Shown in pieces: positions 53,510 through 64,000 of a DNA stretch of 64,000 nt. The notes beneath the pieces are model-generated. The model saw only the letters and a list, made by a program, of their open reading frames with translations, was not told where the DNA came from and ran no database searches. A program made the translations under genes and the position numbers. Within the stretch, counting starts at the first letter, position 1. Each line of letters begins with the position of its first letter. This DNA is from Bryobacterales bacterium. Lineage in GTDB: Bacteria > Acidobacteriota > Terriglobia > Bryobacterales > UBA6623. The stretch is taken from the NCBI GenBank assembly GCA_963422375.2, contig OY729428.2, forward strand, positions 2,080,001 through 2,144,000. Direction: 5' to 3'.

Positions 53510-54286
53510 TGGAGTGCGCCTAGATAAGTGCTATCGGAACGATGGTTGCGTCTTCCAAATCCGGGACTTCCAGTCCCCGCCCGCGGAGCACCGGACGCAC
53601 CTACAAAACGTAACTACTATAATGCAACACTCGAGGCAGTTCCGTTGGGCCGCAGAATAGAGATCGCCTCGCCTTCCGTTCCCGAGACAGCGCAAGTTCA
53701 CGACAACGACGTAGTGGGCACGAGTCCGTACGACGGACAATCGCTACGAAGTCGCTATGTCGCGCCAAGTGACGCCAAGGAACTCTGGCGGGCCCGAGCG
53801 GAAGCCCGTTGATAGCTCGCGCAGGCCGGTGCAAGGGCTGCCTCACATACGCCGAAACGAAGCGTCAATCCAATTGCGCACGAGCATCGCAGATGGACGG
53901 TCAGATCCTTCAGGATGCCTCAGGCGACGCGCTCGCGACGGAGTCGCCCCCGGGCGCGGTCATCGGTGGCTTGGAGCCGCAGTCAGAATGCCGCGTTGGA
54001 CCAGCCCGCCTCCAGCCGCCGCGGTATCAGGGGTGAGATGAGGGGCGCTCGTCAAGCAGGCCGTCCCAGACGGCCCGGTCCATGCCCAGCCGCTCGGCGG
54101 CCGCAGCCCGGTCCTCCCGGTCCAACCACCTCTCGCGAATCACACCAGCCGGACGCCTCGTGTCCTACATTCCTGCAATGAGATTCGATTCCGTCGTCGG
54201 ACTTGGGCCGTGACTAGTCCGGCCAAGGCTCGCCTGCCGACGGGCAGCCGGATTCTCCGCGTCGGTCCGGCAGGGATTCCTCCCGG

Positions 54287-55384
54287 TCACCGCGCTACGA
54301 CTCGTGTTCCAGGCCGGATCTCGTCGGTCGCGCGCAGCACTACGCGGTCGCCGGCCGCAAGATCCCCGAAGACCTCGGCCAGTCCGGCCTCCGTTAGTCC
54401 TCGCCGGACGTTGACCCATTCGGCCCTGCCGTCCGAGACTCGAATCACGAAGATGCGCTCGGTCGTTGCCCTGATCGCCGTCGGCGGCACGAACAGCGTC
54501 TCTCTCGCACGCTGGACCGGCCACTGCACCTCGGCGTACATGCCGGGGGTGAGCTTGGTTGCGGCGTTGGCGAAGTCCAGCTCGACGGGCATGGTGCGAG
54601 TTCGCGGATCCACGGCGTACGCCGGCCGCGCTACGACCGCCGCGAAGGTCTCCGACGGGAATGCGGCGACACTGAATCGCACGCGCCGGCCACGCGCGAT
54701 GCTCTGCCTGTAGGCCTCTGGAACGGCGGCCACAAGGCGCAGGCGCGCCACATGCTCGAGCGTGAACAGAGGCATGCCCGCCGTGCCTTGCGGGCCTGCG
54801 AGCGCTCCGACGTGCGCCTGACGCTCGGTGATCACGCCCGCGAACGGCGCCGTCACCCGCAGGTACCTCTCGATCTCCTCGACGGCGCGCACCGCCGCTT
54901 CGTGCGCGGCCTTCGTCTTCTCGAGCGCGTCAACCCGCGCCCGTTCGCCTTCGACGGTCTTGCCCGCCAGGACCAAGTCATTGCCGGCGACGACTCCCGG
55001 CGTCTTCGCGGCTTCGGAGAGTCGCTGGTAGGTGCTCTCGGCCGCAGCGAGCCGGGCCTGCGCTTCGATCCGCTCCGCATCGACGATCGGGACTCTCGCT
55101 TCGGCCTCGAGTCGCCGGGCGGTGAGCTCGGGCGCGCTCATCTCGGCCAGAAGCTGGCCCCGCTTGACAAACGAGGCGCGGTCGACGTGGACCGACTCGA
55201 CGAAGCCCGTCACCTTGGCGTGAATCTCCACTCGCTGGTAAGGCTCGAGCTCGCCGGGAACGATCATCGTCTTTGCCAGCGGCTTCGACACGACTTCGGC
55301 TAGTTCGGCACGGACCGCGCCGGCTTGCTGGCCGGGAATCGGCAGCGCTGCGGCAAGCAGCGTGACGACCATGATGGATCGCAT
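54287..55384 (-). CDS. RND efflux periplasmic adaptor (MFP)
   Basis: AKVTGFV, APFAGVIT, VDPRTRT, LTPGMYA. Confidence 0.92.
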   Translation of the reverse strand: MRSIMVVTLLAAALPIPGQQAGAVRAELAEVVSKPLAKTMIVPGELEPYQRVEIHAKVTGFVESVHVDRASFVKRGQLLAEMSAPELTARRLEAEARVPIVDAERIEAQARLAAAESTYQRLSEAAKTPGVVAGNDLVLAGKTVEGERARVDALEKTKAAHEAAVRAVEEIERYLRVTAPFAGVITERQAHVGALAGPQGTAGMPLFTLEHVARLRLVAAVPEAYRQSIARGRRVRFSVAAFPSETFAAVVARPAYAVDPRTRTMPVELDFANAATKLTPGMYAEVQWPVQRARETLFVPPTAIRATTERIFVIRVSDGRAEWVNVRRGLTEAGLAEVFGDLAAGDRVVLRATDEIRPGTRVVAR

Positions 55385-55397
55385 GATGAGTCCTCTC

Positions 55398-58300
55398 TCA
55401 GGCCGCCGAGGGGCCGGGCTCGATAGCGTCGCCGTAGTGCGGGCTGCCGGGGTCCTCGGGATCGATCGACGGGGACGCAGTCGACGCGTTCCGCTGCACC
55501 ACGGCGAAGACGGCCGGAATCACGACCAGCGCCGTCAGTGTCGACAAGACCAAGCCGCCGATCACCGCGATCCCGAGCGGGGCCGTCTGCTCGGCGCCGA
55601 GCGCCAACGGCGTCATGCCCGCGATCATGACGACGCTCGTCATGAGTATCGGCCGCATTCGAGAGCGCGAAGCCTCGACGGCAGCCACGTCGGCGGCCAT
55701 GCCCTCGCGCCGGAATCTCTCGGCGAACGTGCATAGGAGAATGGCGTCGGCGACCGATACGCCGATCGCCATGATCGCCCCCATGAACGACTGGATGTTG
55801 AGCGTGATGCCGGTGAGCAGCAGCGCCAGCGCCACGCCGGACAGCACGGCAGGAATTGCCATGATGACGACGAACGCGACCCTCACGGATTGGAAATACG
55901 CGGCCAGCAGGAGGAAGACGGCGACGATCGCCAGCAGCAGGCCCAGCTCCAAGCTGTCCGTCATCAGCTCCATCGGCCCGACTTGACCGCGCACGTCCAC
56001 GCTGACGCCTCGGGGCGCGGGCAACTCGCCCAGCGCATCGCGGATGGCGGCCGCGGCCCTGCCGAGATCCTGGCCCACCACGTTTGCCGTGACGGTGACC
56101 ATCCGCTGCATGTTGTAGCGGTGGTATTCGCCCACCGCTTGGCCGAAGTTGACGTCGGCCACGTCTCCCACCAAGGTCGGCGCGATGGCTCCGTGCTTCA
56201 CCGGTATGCGCGAGACGTCCTCCAGAGACTGGACCATCGACTGCGGAATTTCCACCTGCACTTGGTAGGCGATGCCGGACCGCGGATCCGCCCAGTAGAC
56301 CGGAGTCGTGAAGCGGCTCGACCATGTGGCCGGCGCGAGGGCCCTGCCCACTTCCTCAACCGTCACGTCCAGCTGCGCCGCCCGCCTGCGGTCCACCTGT
56401 ATGTCGACCGAGGGATAGTCGAGCAACTCCCCGATCTGCACGTCGCGCAGATAGTCGATCCCGGTGAGCCGCGCCACGACCTCGCGGGCGTAGGCCTCGC
56501 TGTCCGGAAGGCTCGGCCCTGCCACCGCGACCTCGATCGGGGTCGGGGCGCCGAAGCTCATGACCTGGCTGACCAAGTCGGGCGACTCGAACGCGATCCG
56601 CGTGCCCGGAGCCAGCTCCGGCAGGCGCCTTCGCAGCTCTTCCTCCACAGCCGCCGTCGGAATGCCGGAATCCGGGTCGAGCGCAATTCGCATGACCGCT
56701 TCGTGCGGACCTCCCGTCCAGAGGAAGATCAGGTTGACCGGGAAGCTCGACGGCTGGACTCCCACGAAGGCGATTGATTTCTCGACATTCTCCGGCCCGA
56801 CGATCTCGCCCACAGCATCGAGGACCTCCTGCGCGAGTTGCTCGGTCCGCTCGACTCGCGTGCCGGACGGGCCGCGCACTCGCATCTGCAGCGAGTTGGT
56901 GTCAATCCGCGGGAAGATGTCGGTTCCCAAGCCGCCGCCCGCGAAGTACAGGATCGCTGCGGTTCCAGCGAGGTAGCAGCCGAAGATCGGCCATCGCAGG
57001 GCCACCAAGCCGCGAGAGACGTTGCCGAAGGCGTCTTGGACCGGACCGAACCAGTTCCGCGCCCCGGGGGCGGCGCGCCTAGCCCCGCGGTTCAGCCATG
57101 TCTCCATGACCGGCACGAACGTGCTGGCCAGGAAGTACGAGGAGATCATCGAGAAGGCCACCGCCAGAGCCAGCGGCACGAATATGGCCTGCGCCACGCC
57201 GGTCATGAAGAACGAGGGCGCGAACACCGAGACGACGCACAGCATGGCGAGCAGCCTAGGCACGACGACCTCGCGACTGGCTTCGAGCACGGCCCTGGCG
57301 ACTGGCTTGCCATGCGCCATGTGCGTGTGGATGTTCTCGATGGCGATGATCGACTCGTCCACCAGAATGCCGATGGCTAGGGTCAGTCCGCCCAGCGTCA
57401 TCAGATTGATCGACTGGCCCGCCGCCCATAGGGCTACGGTTGCCGACAGCAGGGCGATCGGAATCGTCAACACGACCACGACCGCGCTACGGAAGCTGCC
57501 AAGGGTCAGCAGGACGATCAGCCCTGTCAGCAGCGCGCCTAGGACGCCCTCGGTCGTTAGCGCCCGGATCGCATTCAGCACGTAGAAAGACTGGTCGAAT
57601 TCGAAGGACACATTGATGTCCTCGGGAATCGCCGCTCGAAAGGTCGGGAGCGCATCCTTCACTCGCTGGACCACCTCGAGCGTCGAGGCATCAGCGCGCT
57701 TGGTCGCGGCGATGTAGACGGCCCGGGCGCCGTCCACGAGGGCGTAGCTGGTCAGGATGTCCGCGGCATCCTCCGCGTAGCCGACATCGCGGAGATAGAC
57801 CGTGGGCCCCGGGCCGGACTTGAGCGGCACGTCGTTCAGCTCGGTCGCCTGCACCACCGTCGAATTGACCGGTGCGAGATAGTTCTTGTCCCCGATCCGG
57901 ACGCTTCCCGACGGCGAGATCGTATTCGTGCTCGCGATCGCCCGCACTACGTCGTCCGGCGACATGCCGTAGCCCCTCAGCTTGTCGGGATCGACCCGAA
58001 CGACCACGCTCCGCGCGCTGCCCCCGAACGGCGGCGGGGCCGAGACCCCTTCCAGCCGCGAGAACATCGGGCGCACGCGGAACAGCGCCAAGTCTGCGAT
58101 CTCGTCCACGCCCCGCGTTTCGCTGGAGAACACTAGGTAGCCCACGGGCACGCCGCCCGCGTCGAAGCGCATGATGAACGGGGGCACGGTCCCCGGCGGC
58201 ATGAACGAACGCGACCGATTGACCTGCGCGACCGTCTCGGCCATGGCCGTAGCCATGTCGGTTCCGTCGTGGAAATGCAGCTTCATCAAAGCGGCACCTT

Positions 58301-58556
58301 GGATGGAGCGCGATTCGACATGGTCGATCCCGCGGATGTAGAGGAAGTGGTACTCGTAGTAATTCACGAGGTACCCCTCCATCTGCGCCGGATCCATGCC
58401 GCCGTAGGGCTGCGCGACGTAGATGACGGGGGTGCCGAGATCCGGAAAGATATCGGCCTTCATCCGGTTGAGGGCCAGCGCGGAGGCTAGGGCCACGCCG
58501 AGGATGGCCATGAGAACCGTGATGGGCCGCCGCATCGCGGCATGGATGAGCCACAT
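55398..58556 (-). CDS. RND efflux permease (AcrB/CusA superfamily)
   Basis: 1052 aa; [25 protein letters not shown]. Confidence 0.95.
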   Translation of the reverse strand: MWLIHAAMRRPITVLMAILGVALASALALNRMKADIFPDLGTPVIYVAQPYGGMDPAQMEGYLVNYYEYHFLYIRGIDHVESRSIQGAALMKLHFHDGTDMATAMAETVAQVNRSRSFMPPGTVPPFIMRFDAGGVPVGYLVFSSETRGVDEIADLALFRVRPMFSRLEGVSAPPPFGGSARSVVVRVDPDKLRGYGMSPDDVVRAIASTNTISPSGSVRIGDKNYLAPVNSTVVQATELNDVPLKSGPGPTVYLRDVGYAEDAADILTSYALVDGARAVYIAATKRADASTLEVVQRVKDALPTFRAAIPEDINVSFEFDQSFYVLNAIRALTTEGVLGALLTGLIVLLTLGSFRSAVVVVLTIPIALLSATVALWAAGQSINLMTLGGLTLAIGILVDESIIAIENIHTHMAHGKPVARAVLEASREVVVPRLLAMLCVVSVFAPSFFMTGVAQAIFVPLALAVAFSMISSYFLASTFVPVMETWLNRGARRAAPGARNWFGPVQDAFGNVSRGLVALRWPIFGCYLAGTAAILYFAGGGLGTDIFPRIDTNSLQMRVRGPSGTRVERTEQLAQEVLDAVGEIVGPENVEKSIAFVGVQPSSFPVNLIFLWTGGPHEAVMRIALDPDSGIPTAAVEEELRRRLPELAPGTRIAFESPDLVSQVMSFGAPTPIEVAVAGPSLPDSEAYAREVVARLTGIDYLRDVQIGELLDYPSVDIQVDRRRAAQLDVTVEEVGRALAPATWSSRFTTPVYWADPRSGIAYQVQVEIPQSMVQSLEDVSRIPVKHGAIAPTLVGDVADVNFGQAVGEYHRYNMQRMVTVTANVVGQDLGRAAAAIRDALGELPAPRGVSVDVRGQVGPMELMTDSLELGLLLAIVAVFLLLAAYFQSVRVAFVVIMAIPAVLSGVALALLLTGITLNIQSFMGAIMAIGVSVADAILLCTFAERFRREGMAADVAAVEASRSRMRPILMTSVVMIAGMTPLALGAEQTAPLGIAVIGGLVLSTLTALVVIPAVFAVVQRNASTASPSIDPEDPGSPHYGDAIEPGPSAA

Positions 58557-58568
58557 GCTTCGCTCCCT

Positions 58569-59963
58569 CTAGCGGCTCGCGACGGCCAGCAAGCCCTCGA
58601 TCTCGCCCTGCGCCGCCGCCATGGCGAATAACGCGCGCCACACGTCGAGCCTTGCCAGCGAGTCATCCACCTCGGCCTGACGCAGCAACTGCTGGGCGTC
58701 CGCCACCTCGACGACGGTGCCGAGGCCGGCTTGGTAGCGTACGCGCGCCTGCGCTTCAAGCACTGTTGAGGCCTCGAGCTCGATCGGAGCGTTCAGGGCG
58801 ATCTTGCGGGCCGACTGCACTGCGATCCGCGCCCGGGCCACCTCCCCTCGGAGTTCCTGGGTGACGACGGCCGCACTTGCCCTCTGCTGCTCTAGCCGAT
58901 GCTCCGCAATCCGGCGCTCGGCTCGGTTCTTCCTGTAGTCGAGCAGGTCGAATTCCATGTTGAAGCCGACCGCCCAGTTGGCCTCCGAGGGTATCAGTCC
59001 GTGGCCGCCCCCTTGGAACGTTCCGTCGATACGGGCCCCCGTCCCCCGGCCGTACACGGCGGACTGCGCTAGAAACCGCGGGCGCCATTCCTTCCTGATC
59101 GCCTCCAGTCGAGCCTCGCCGACCGCGGTTTCGGCCTGTTGCGCCGCGGCCAGCGGATGCGATTCCTCGGAAGCGTCCGGCTCGGCTGGCGGCGGTTCGC
59201 CCGCCAAGGCCGCCGGATCGATCTCGACCACGCTTCCGGCCAAGCCGAGCCATTCGGCCAGCGAAGCCAGCGCCGTCTGCTCATGTTGCTCTGCCCGCAG
59301 CAGCACCGAGCGGGCGCGAGCCAACTCCGCTTTCGCTCGAGAGGCGTCCGCCCCGGGGCGCAGCTCGCTGCTCACCAAGACGGCAACGGAGTCGTGAAAT
59401 GCCTCGGCGCGCCCGACGGCGGCATTCGCCGCCGAGACAGCGAGCCGGTTGGCGACCGCCGCGAAATACGCGCCCGCTGCCGCGACTGCGACCTCGTACT
59501 CGGTCACGGCGCGTCCCGCCCGGGCGAGCGCCGCTACCGCCTCGGCCGCTCGGACATTCGCCTTCCGCAAGCCGAGGTCGAACGGCTCGTAGGAGAGCAG
59601 CATGCCGGCCGAGCTCCCGAACACGCTCGTGATCGTCAACTCCTCCTGCACGGGACCCGAGATTCCAGGGAGAACTCCGTTAGGGAAGATCAGCCCGAAA
59701 ACGTTGTTTCGGGTCGCGCGGTTGACACCGAGACGGACGCCCGCCCGCGGGAGGTAGGCGGTCCTAGCCAAGTCGGCGCCGCTCTCGGCGGCCGCGACAG
59801 CTGCCGCTGACGCTCGGATCGCTGGGAAGTTGCGAGCGGATTGGTCCACCGCCGATCCGAGGGTCAAGGGGGCAACCGGCCGTTCGGGTTCGGCTTCCTG
59901 GGCCGGCAAGGCGAAGGTCGCCAGCGCAAGCCCGCAAACAATTCGATGGATGGATCCGTACAT
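58569..59963 (-). CDS. TolC family outer-membrane efflux protein
   Basis: Signal peptide; helical repeats; RYQAGLGTVVEV; first gene of the RND operon. Confidence 0.88.
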   Translation of the reverse strand: MYGSIHRIVCGLALATFALPAQEAEPERPVAPLTLGSAVDQSARNFPAIRASAAAVAAAESGADLARTAYLPRAGVRLGVNRATRNNVFGLIFPNGVLPGISGPVQEELTITSVFGSSAGMLLSYEPFDLGLRKANVRAAEAVAALARAGRAVTEYEVAVAAAGAYFAAVANRLAVSAANAAVGRAEAFHDSVAVLVSSELRPGADASRAKAELARARSVLLRAEQHEQTALASLAEWLGLAGSVVEIDPAALAGEPPPAEPDASEESHPLAAAQQAETAVGEARLEAIRKEWRPRFLAQSAVYGRGTGARIDGTFQGGGHGLIPSEANWAVGFNMEFDLLDYRKNRAERRIAEHRLEQQRASAAVVTQELRGEVARARIAVQSARKIALNAPIELEASTVLEAQARVRYQAGLGTVVEVADAQQLLRQAEVDDSLARLDVWRALFAMAAAQGEIEGLLAVASR

Positions 59964-60496
59964 AGGTGATTCCGGACGGCAGGCCCGTGGTATCAGGCGA
60001 GCGTCCCTCGGCCGACTGGCACTTCCGATAGCACACGAGGGTCCGCTGGAATCGGTTCTCGGCGGGCCCCACAATCCTCGAGGCCAGGAGGACCCGCACC
60101 GGGTGCTCGCGGTCGGCTCCTCGGTCCAGCGAATTGCGACGGCGACCCGCGGGGCCTGCTCTCAATCACGGTTGCGGTGCAACTACCGTATCGTCTCATG
60201 CCGGCGTGACGCTGGCAGCCGCTCGACGGTGATGCACTTTGCGGCCGCCGGCACGGAAGTTCTCAACTCCCAAGCGTCAGGCAGGGACTCATAGGGCAGC
60301 CCCTTTATACCGGAGCATCTGAAGCAAGAGGACGGCAGACGGAGGGCGCGACAGATTCCACAGACCGGGCACCAGCTCTGCGATGATTTGCGTAACTATG
60401 CAGGACCAGCTCGGCGGTCCGCTGTGGCGGCCATCGCCGCTTGGAGCCCGCCGGACGAGAGGGGCGAATGAACAAGCGCATCGGAAAGAGGGCGCC

Positions 60497-61348
60497 ATGC
60501 TGACGAGACGCCCGGCCTCGGCGAGAACCGTCGCCCTCGCAGTTGCGGTCGCGGCCGGCATCCTAGCCGCTACCAAGGAGACCGATCCCACTGACGGCAG
60601 GGCAGCCTGGCGGTTCGAGGAGATCGCCGACGGCGTCTTCTTCGCGGCCGGCACCGGCGCGATGACGACGATGAGCAACTCCATGGTCATCGTCAACGAT
60701 GACCACGCGATGCTGGTGGATACGAGCGTGTCTCCAGCTGCGGCACGCAAGCTTGTCGCGGAGATCCGGGCGGAGGCGACCGAGCTGGCGCGCCTAGAGA
60801 TGGCCCTCCGGGTGAGGGAGGCGCACTGGAACGCGATTCAAGAGACGAAGGTCAGGCCCCCGAACGTCACCTATCGCGACAGGATGAGAGTCGTCAAAGG
60901 CGGGCGCGAGGTGCAGCTGCATTTCGTCGGTCGCGGGCATACCAGCGGCGACACGATGGTGTTCCTTCCGGCCGAGCGCATCGTCTTCACGGGTGACTTT
61001 TTCGTCGGGCGGCCGGGAGCGAATGGCTTGCCGTACATGGGCGACGGATTCGTAAACGAATGGCCCGCGAGCCTTGACGGCCTCAAGGCGCTCGACTTCG
61101 ACATCATAGTGCCGGGTCACGGCACGCCGTTCCGCGAGCGCAAGCAGATCGACGACCTGCAAGGGTATCCGAGGGACTTGTGGAGGCAGGCATCGGAACT
61201 CCGTGCGGCGGGGCATCCCGTGGAGGAGGCAGTCAATCGAGTCGATTTGAGTGCGCACGCCCGAGCCTACGGCGAACGCGCGAGGCGAGTGGATCCGAGG
61301 GCAGTCGTGTGCATCTACGAGCTGCTTCAAATCCGGCACCCCCTCTGA
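60497..61348 (+). pseudogene. Metallo-beta-lactamase-fold hydrolase lacking the HxHxDH segment
   Basis: LVDT, GHTSGD, FTGD and VPGHG present; HxHxDH absent. Confidence 0.65.
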
Positions 61349-62164
61349 GCAGCGGGGTCCTCGCCTGCGAATGCGGTCGACCGTTCCCGACAATGCCTAC
61401 GGCACCAAAGCGCCAGTAACCGCTAGCAGGCACGCTCGAGCTCGACTCGCGCCAAGGGCTTGGCTTGGAAGAATTGCCTGACCGCGGACATCGGGCGCAG
61501 GTGACGCCCGCGACAGGCCTCGTCTTGTCGCCGAGCCGAATCCGTCCCGTCGCGCGAGTGAGCGCCTGATCCCGCGTCGATCCCGTCGGACGATAGATCT
61601 CCATTCATGCGTATTCCGGGCGAACAGGTGTTGGCAGGCCTCGGCAGACGTCCTTTCGGGGGGATGCACGGGCGAAGGCCGTCTCGCTTGGCGTCCATCT
61701 CGATCTACACGCTGGAATCGGAGTCTCCGAGGCAGCGATTGCGGGCACGTGCCAGCCGATCGTCCCAGCCAACGAGTGAACAGGCCGCGAGCGGCTCTCG
61801 TGCCAACATTGGATCGCTCGGGCCAAGGTGCCCGCGCACACGTTAATTCCTTCGGTGCTCCGACCGATGCAGCCTCCGTCCCGCCCCCGCTGCGGTGGGT
61901 GCGCTACTAGCGGTGTGGACCACCCGTCGCCTCCGAGGTACGCCGCATCAGACGAGCAGGTAAGGAGTTCCCGGAACAACTTGAATTGGGATGCAGATTG
62001 CCCGCAGTGTCGCCTGCGGACTGGTTCAGCCCAGCCAATCCAAGCGTACCGGGCCTTGATCTGGCATCTGTCGGGAGGCGTACGATAGCCGGAGTGGGAG
62101 CCTGCCGGCTGCTGTCGCAGCACCGGCACGGCTTCATCCCGTCCTGTGGTAGCCTGTCGCAGGT

Positions 62165-63748
62165 ATGGCGGAATCTAAGCCCGCGACTGTTTCGCGTAGG
62201 AACTTTCTGACTCGCACGTCCACCGTTGCAGCCGGCGGGGCGGCCGCGGGGATGAGCGGCTGCGCCTCCCCGCCGGGCGCATCACCTTCAGGCGGAAGGT
62301 GGCAGCGGCCGCCGAACCAGCGCGGGAAGGGGAACCGTCAGAACCTGATCTTCCTGAACACGGACACTTTTCGCGCGGACAACCTCCAAGCCTACGGGGG
62401 CAACGGGCTGGTCAAATGCCCGCGACTCGACAAGTTCTCCGAAGACTCCGTGGTTTTCGAAGACTGCTACCCGGAGGGAATGCCGACGATTCCGATCCGC
62501 CGCGTGCTCATGACCGGTCGGCGAATCCTGCCGTACCACTACTTCCACCAGCATGAGCCCGTCCAGACAGCGGGATGGCACGAGCTGTACTACGAGGACC
62601 AGACCATCGCCGAGGCCTTGCACGAAGCGGGTTACTCCACGGCATTCTTCGCGGACATCCCGCACTTGCAGCGGCCGGGAAAGAACTTCCACCGTGGCTA
62701 CCGGTACTACGAATGGTCGCGAGGGCACGAAGTCGACTACTACGAGCAGGCCCCCGCAGACCTGCAGGAGATCGTTCCGACACACTACCCGCAGGAATTC
62801 TGGGATCGCTGGATCGAGATGAACCCGGGCCGCCCGGACTTCATGCGCCAGTACCTCGCGAACCGCAAGCGCTACGAAACGGAGTGCGAGGCCCTCATCG
62901 AGCTGACGGCCAAGAACGTCATCAGCTGGTTGCGTCGCAACCACGACAAGACCCCGTTCTTCCTGCATCTGGAGGCGTTCGACCCACACGAGCCCTGGGA
63001 TCCGCCCAAGCGGTTTCTTGACGAGTACATGCCGAACGCCACGGGACCGACTTGGTGGGAGCCGCCCTATGCCGACATCGAGGTCCCGCCGGAAGGGGTC
63101 GAGCGCCTGCGGGCAAACTACGCGGGCGAGTCGATGTGCGTCGACTACTGGATTGGAGAGATCCTCGACACCATCGGGGAGCTCGGACTGTTCGACAACT
63201 CCGTGGTGGCGTTCTTCTCCGATCACGGCTCTCTGCTGGGCGAGCAGGGCGTGTTCCTCAAGGGCCCGACACGGATCCGCAGGCAGGTCACGCACAACCC
63301 ATTCCTAGTCCGCCTGCCCGGCAAGGAGAAAGCCGGGACCCGCGCTTCAGGCTTCATCCACCATCCGGACGTGCTGCCCACGCTGTTCAGCTTGCTCGAG
63401 CTCGACCCGCCGCCGCGTGTCACGGGCAAGAACCTCTGGGGCCTTGCCAGCGGGGAACCCAGCCCGCACAGGGGCCTCGTGCAGGGCTACGGCTGGATCG
63501 GCGCGATTCGCACCGCGGAGTGGCAGTTCTCGAAGGTCATCGACCGAGAGCGACTCGGGTACGACTATGAGGCGCAGCTGTACAACCGAGCCGCGGATCC
63601 CGACGAGCTGACAAGCGTCGCGGACCAGCATCCCCAGGTCGTGGCCGAACTGAGCCAGATGATCGACGATTACCTCGAGGAGGGTCGCGAGGTGTCGAAG
63701 GGGCACTTTCACGCGCTCGAAGACTACACTCCGAGCCGCGAGCCGTAG
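62165..63748 (+). CDS. Tat-exported sulfatase/alkaline-phosphatase superfamily protein
   Basis: SRRNFL, DTFRAD, PTIPIRR, FDPHEPWDPP, SDHG. Confidence 0.88.
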   Translation: MAESKPATVSRRNFLTRTSTVAAGGAAAGMSGCASPPGASPSGGRWQRPPNQRGKGNRQNLIFLNTDTFRADNLQAYGGNGLVKCPRLDKFSEDSVVFEDCYPEGMPTIPIRRVLMTGRRILPYHYFHQHEPVQTAGWHELYYEDQTIAEALHEAGYSTAFFADIPHLQRPGKNFHRGYRYYEWSRGHEVDYYEQAPADLQEIVPTHYPQEFWDRWIEMNPGRPDFMRQYLANRKRYETECEALIELTAKNVISWLRRNHDKTPFFLHLEAFDPHEPWDPPKRFLDEYMPNATGPTWWEPPYADIEVPPEGVERLRANYAGESMCVDYWIGEILDTIGELGLFDNSVVAFFSDHGSLLGEQGVFLKGPTRIRRQVTHNPFLVRLPGKEKAGTRASGFIHHPDVLPTLFSLLELDPPPRVTGKNLWGLASGEPSPHRGLVQGYGWIGAIRTAEWQFSKVIDRERLGYDYEAQLYNRAADPDELTSVADQHPQVVAELSQMIDDYLEEGREVSKGHFHALEDYTPSREP

Positions 63749-63790
63749 GCGGAGAGCAGTCTATTGGCTCAGCAAGGGGGAGACATCACG

Positions 63791-64000
63791 ATGCAACGCA
63801 AGCAGGCGAGCGACTTCCATCCGGAAATTCTGCGGCTGTTCGATGCCTACGTCCACGGGGCGCTCAGCCGACGAGATTTCATCGACCGGGCCGGCCCGTT
63901 CACCGCGGGCATGAGCGGGGCCGCGGTCCTGGCCAGTCTGAGTCCGAACTACGCATGGGCGCAGCAGGTATCCGAGAGCGACGGGCGGATCCGCGCCGAA
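63791..64000 (+). CDS. Dienelactone hydrolase family (YghX-like), partial
   Basis: MQRKQASDFHPEILRLFDAYVHGALSRRDF..LSPNYAWAQQV; AGGGGG RBS; runs off the window end. Confidence 0.8.
   Translation, partial: MQRKQASDFHPEILRLFDAYVHGALSRRDFIDRAGPFTAGMSGAAVLASLSPNYAWAQQVSESDGRIRAE

Noticed and set aside
53620..54040. Degraded BrnT/BrnA-like toxin-antitoxin pair
   Set aside because: Only vague resemblance; no motif I can defend without a search.

Overview
High-GC bacterial chromosome segment. The gene content (Tat-signal Gfo/Idh/MocA oxidoreductases, several sulfatases, a DUF1552/DUF1592 pair, secreted LRR proteins, a GldA/FG-type ABC system) suggests an Acidobacteriota/PVC-like organism, possibly host-associated; this is inference only. 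The backbone includes nadC, a panE-like reductase, rluB, tmRNA (ssrA), an AttEFGH-like ABC/lipocalin module, an RND efflux triplet, a K+ channel and a fucose-isomerase-like gene. There is a lot of decay: four dead IS copies (IS5/IS1182-like, two IS1595, ISNCY), frameshifted genes, and ghost genes in intergenic spaces. Main leads: (1) a ~5.5 kb lower-GC segment bounded by a direct repeat of the nadC 3' end, carrying an IS-disrupted Ser/Thr kinase-FGE fusion; (2) two LRR genes with three capped solenoids converging on a DUF1552 / DUF1592 heme-c pair; (3) an apparent AT-to-GC mutation bias plus micro tandem duplications in dead elements; (4) a Tat-exported sulfatase-fold protein with Thr at the formylglycine position. 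I found no CRISPR array, reverse transcriptase or integrase. All family calls are from motif recognition by eye, not database searches.
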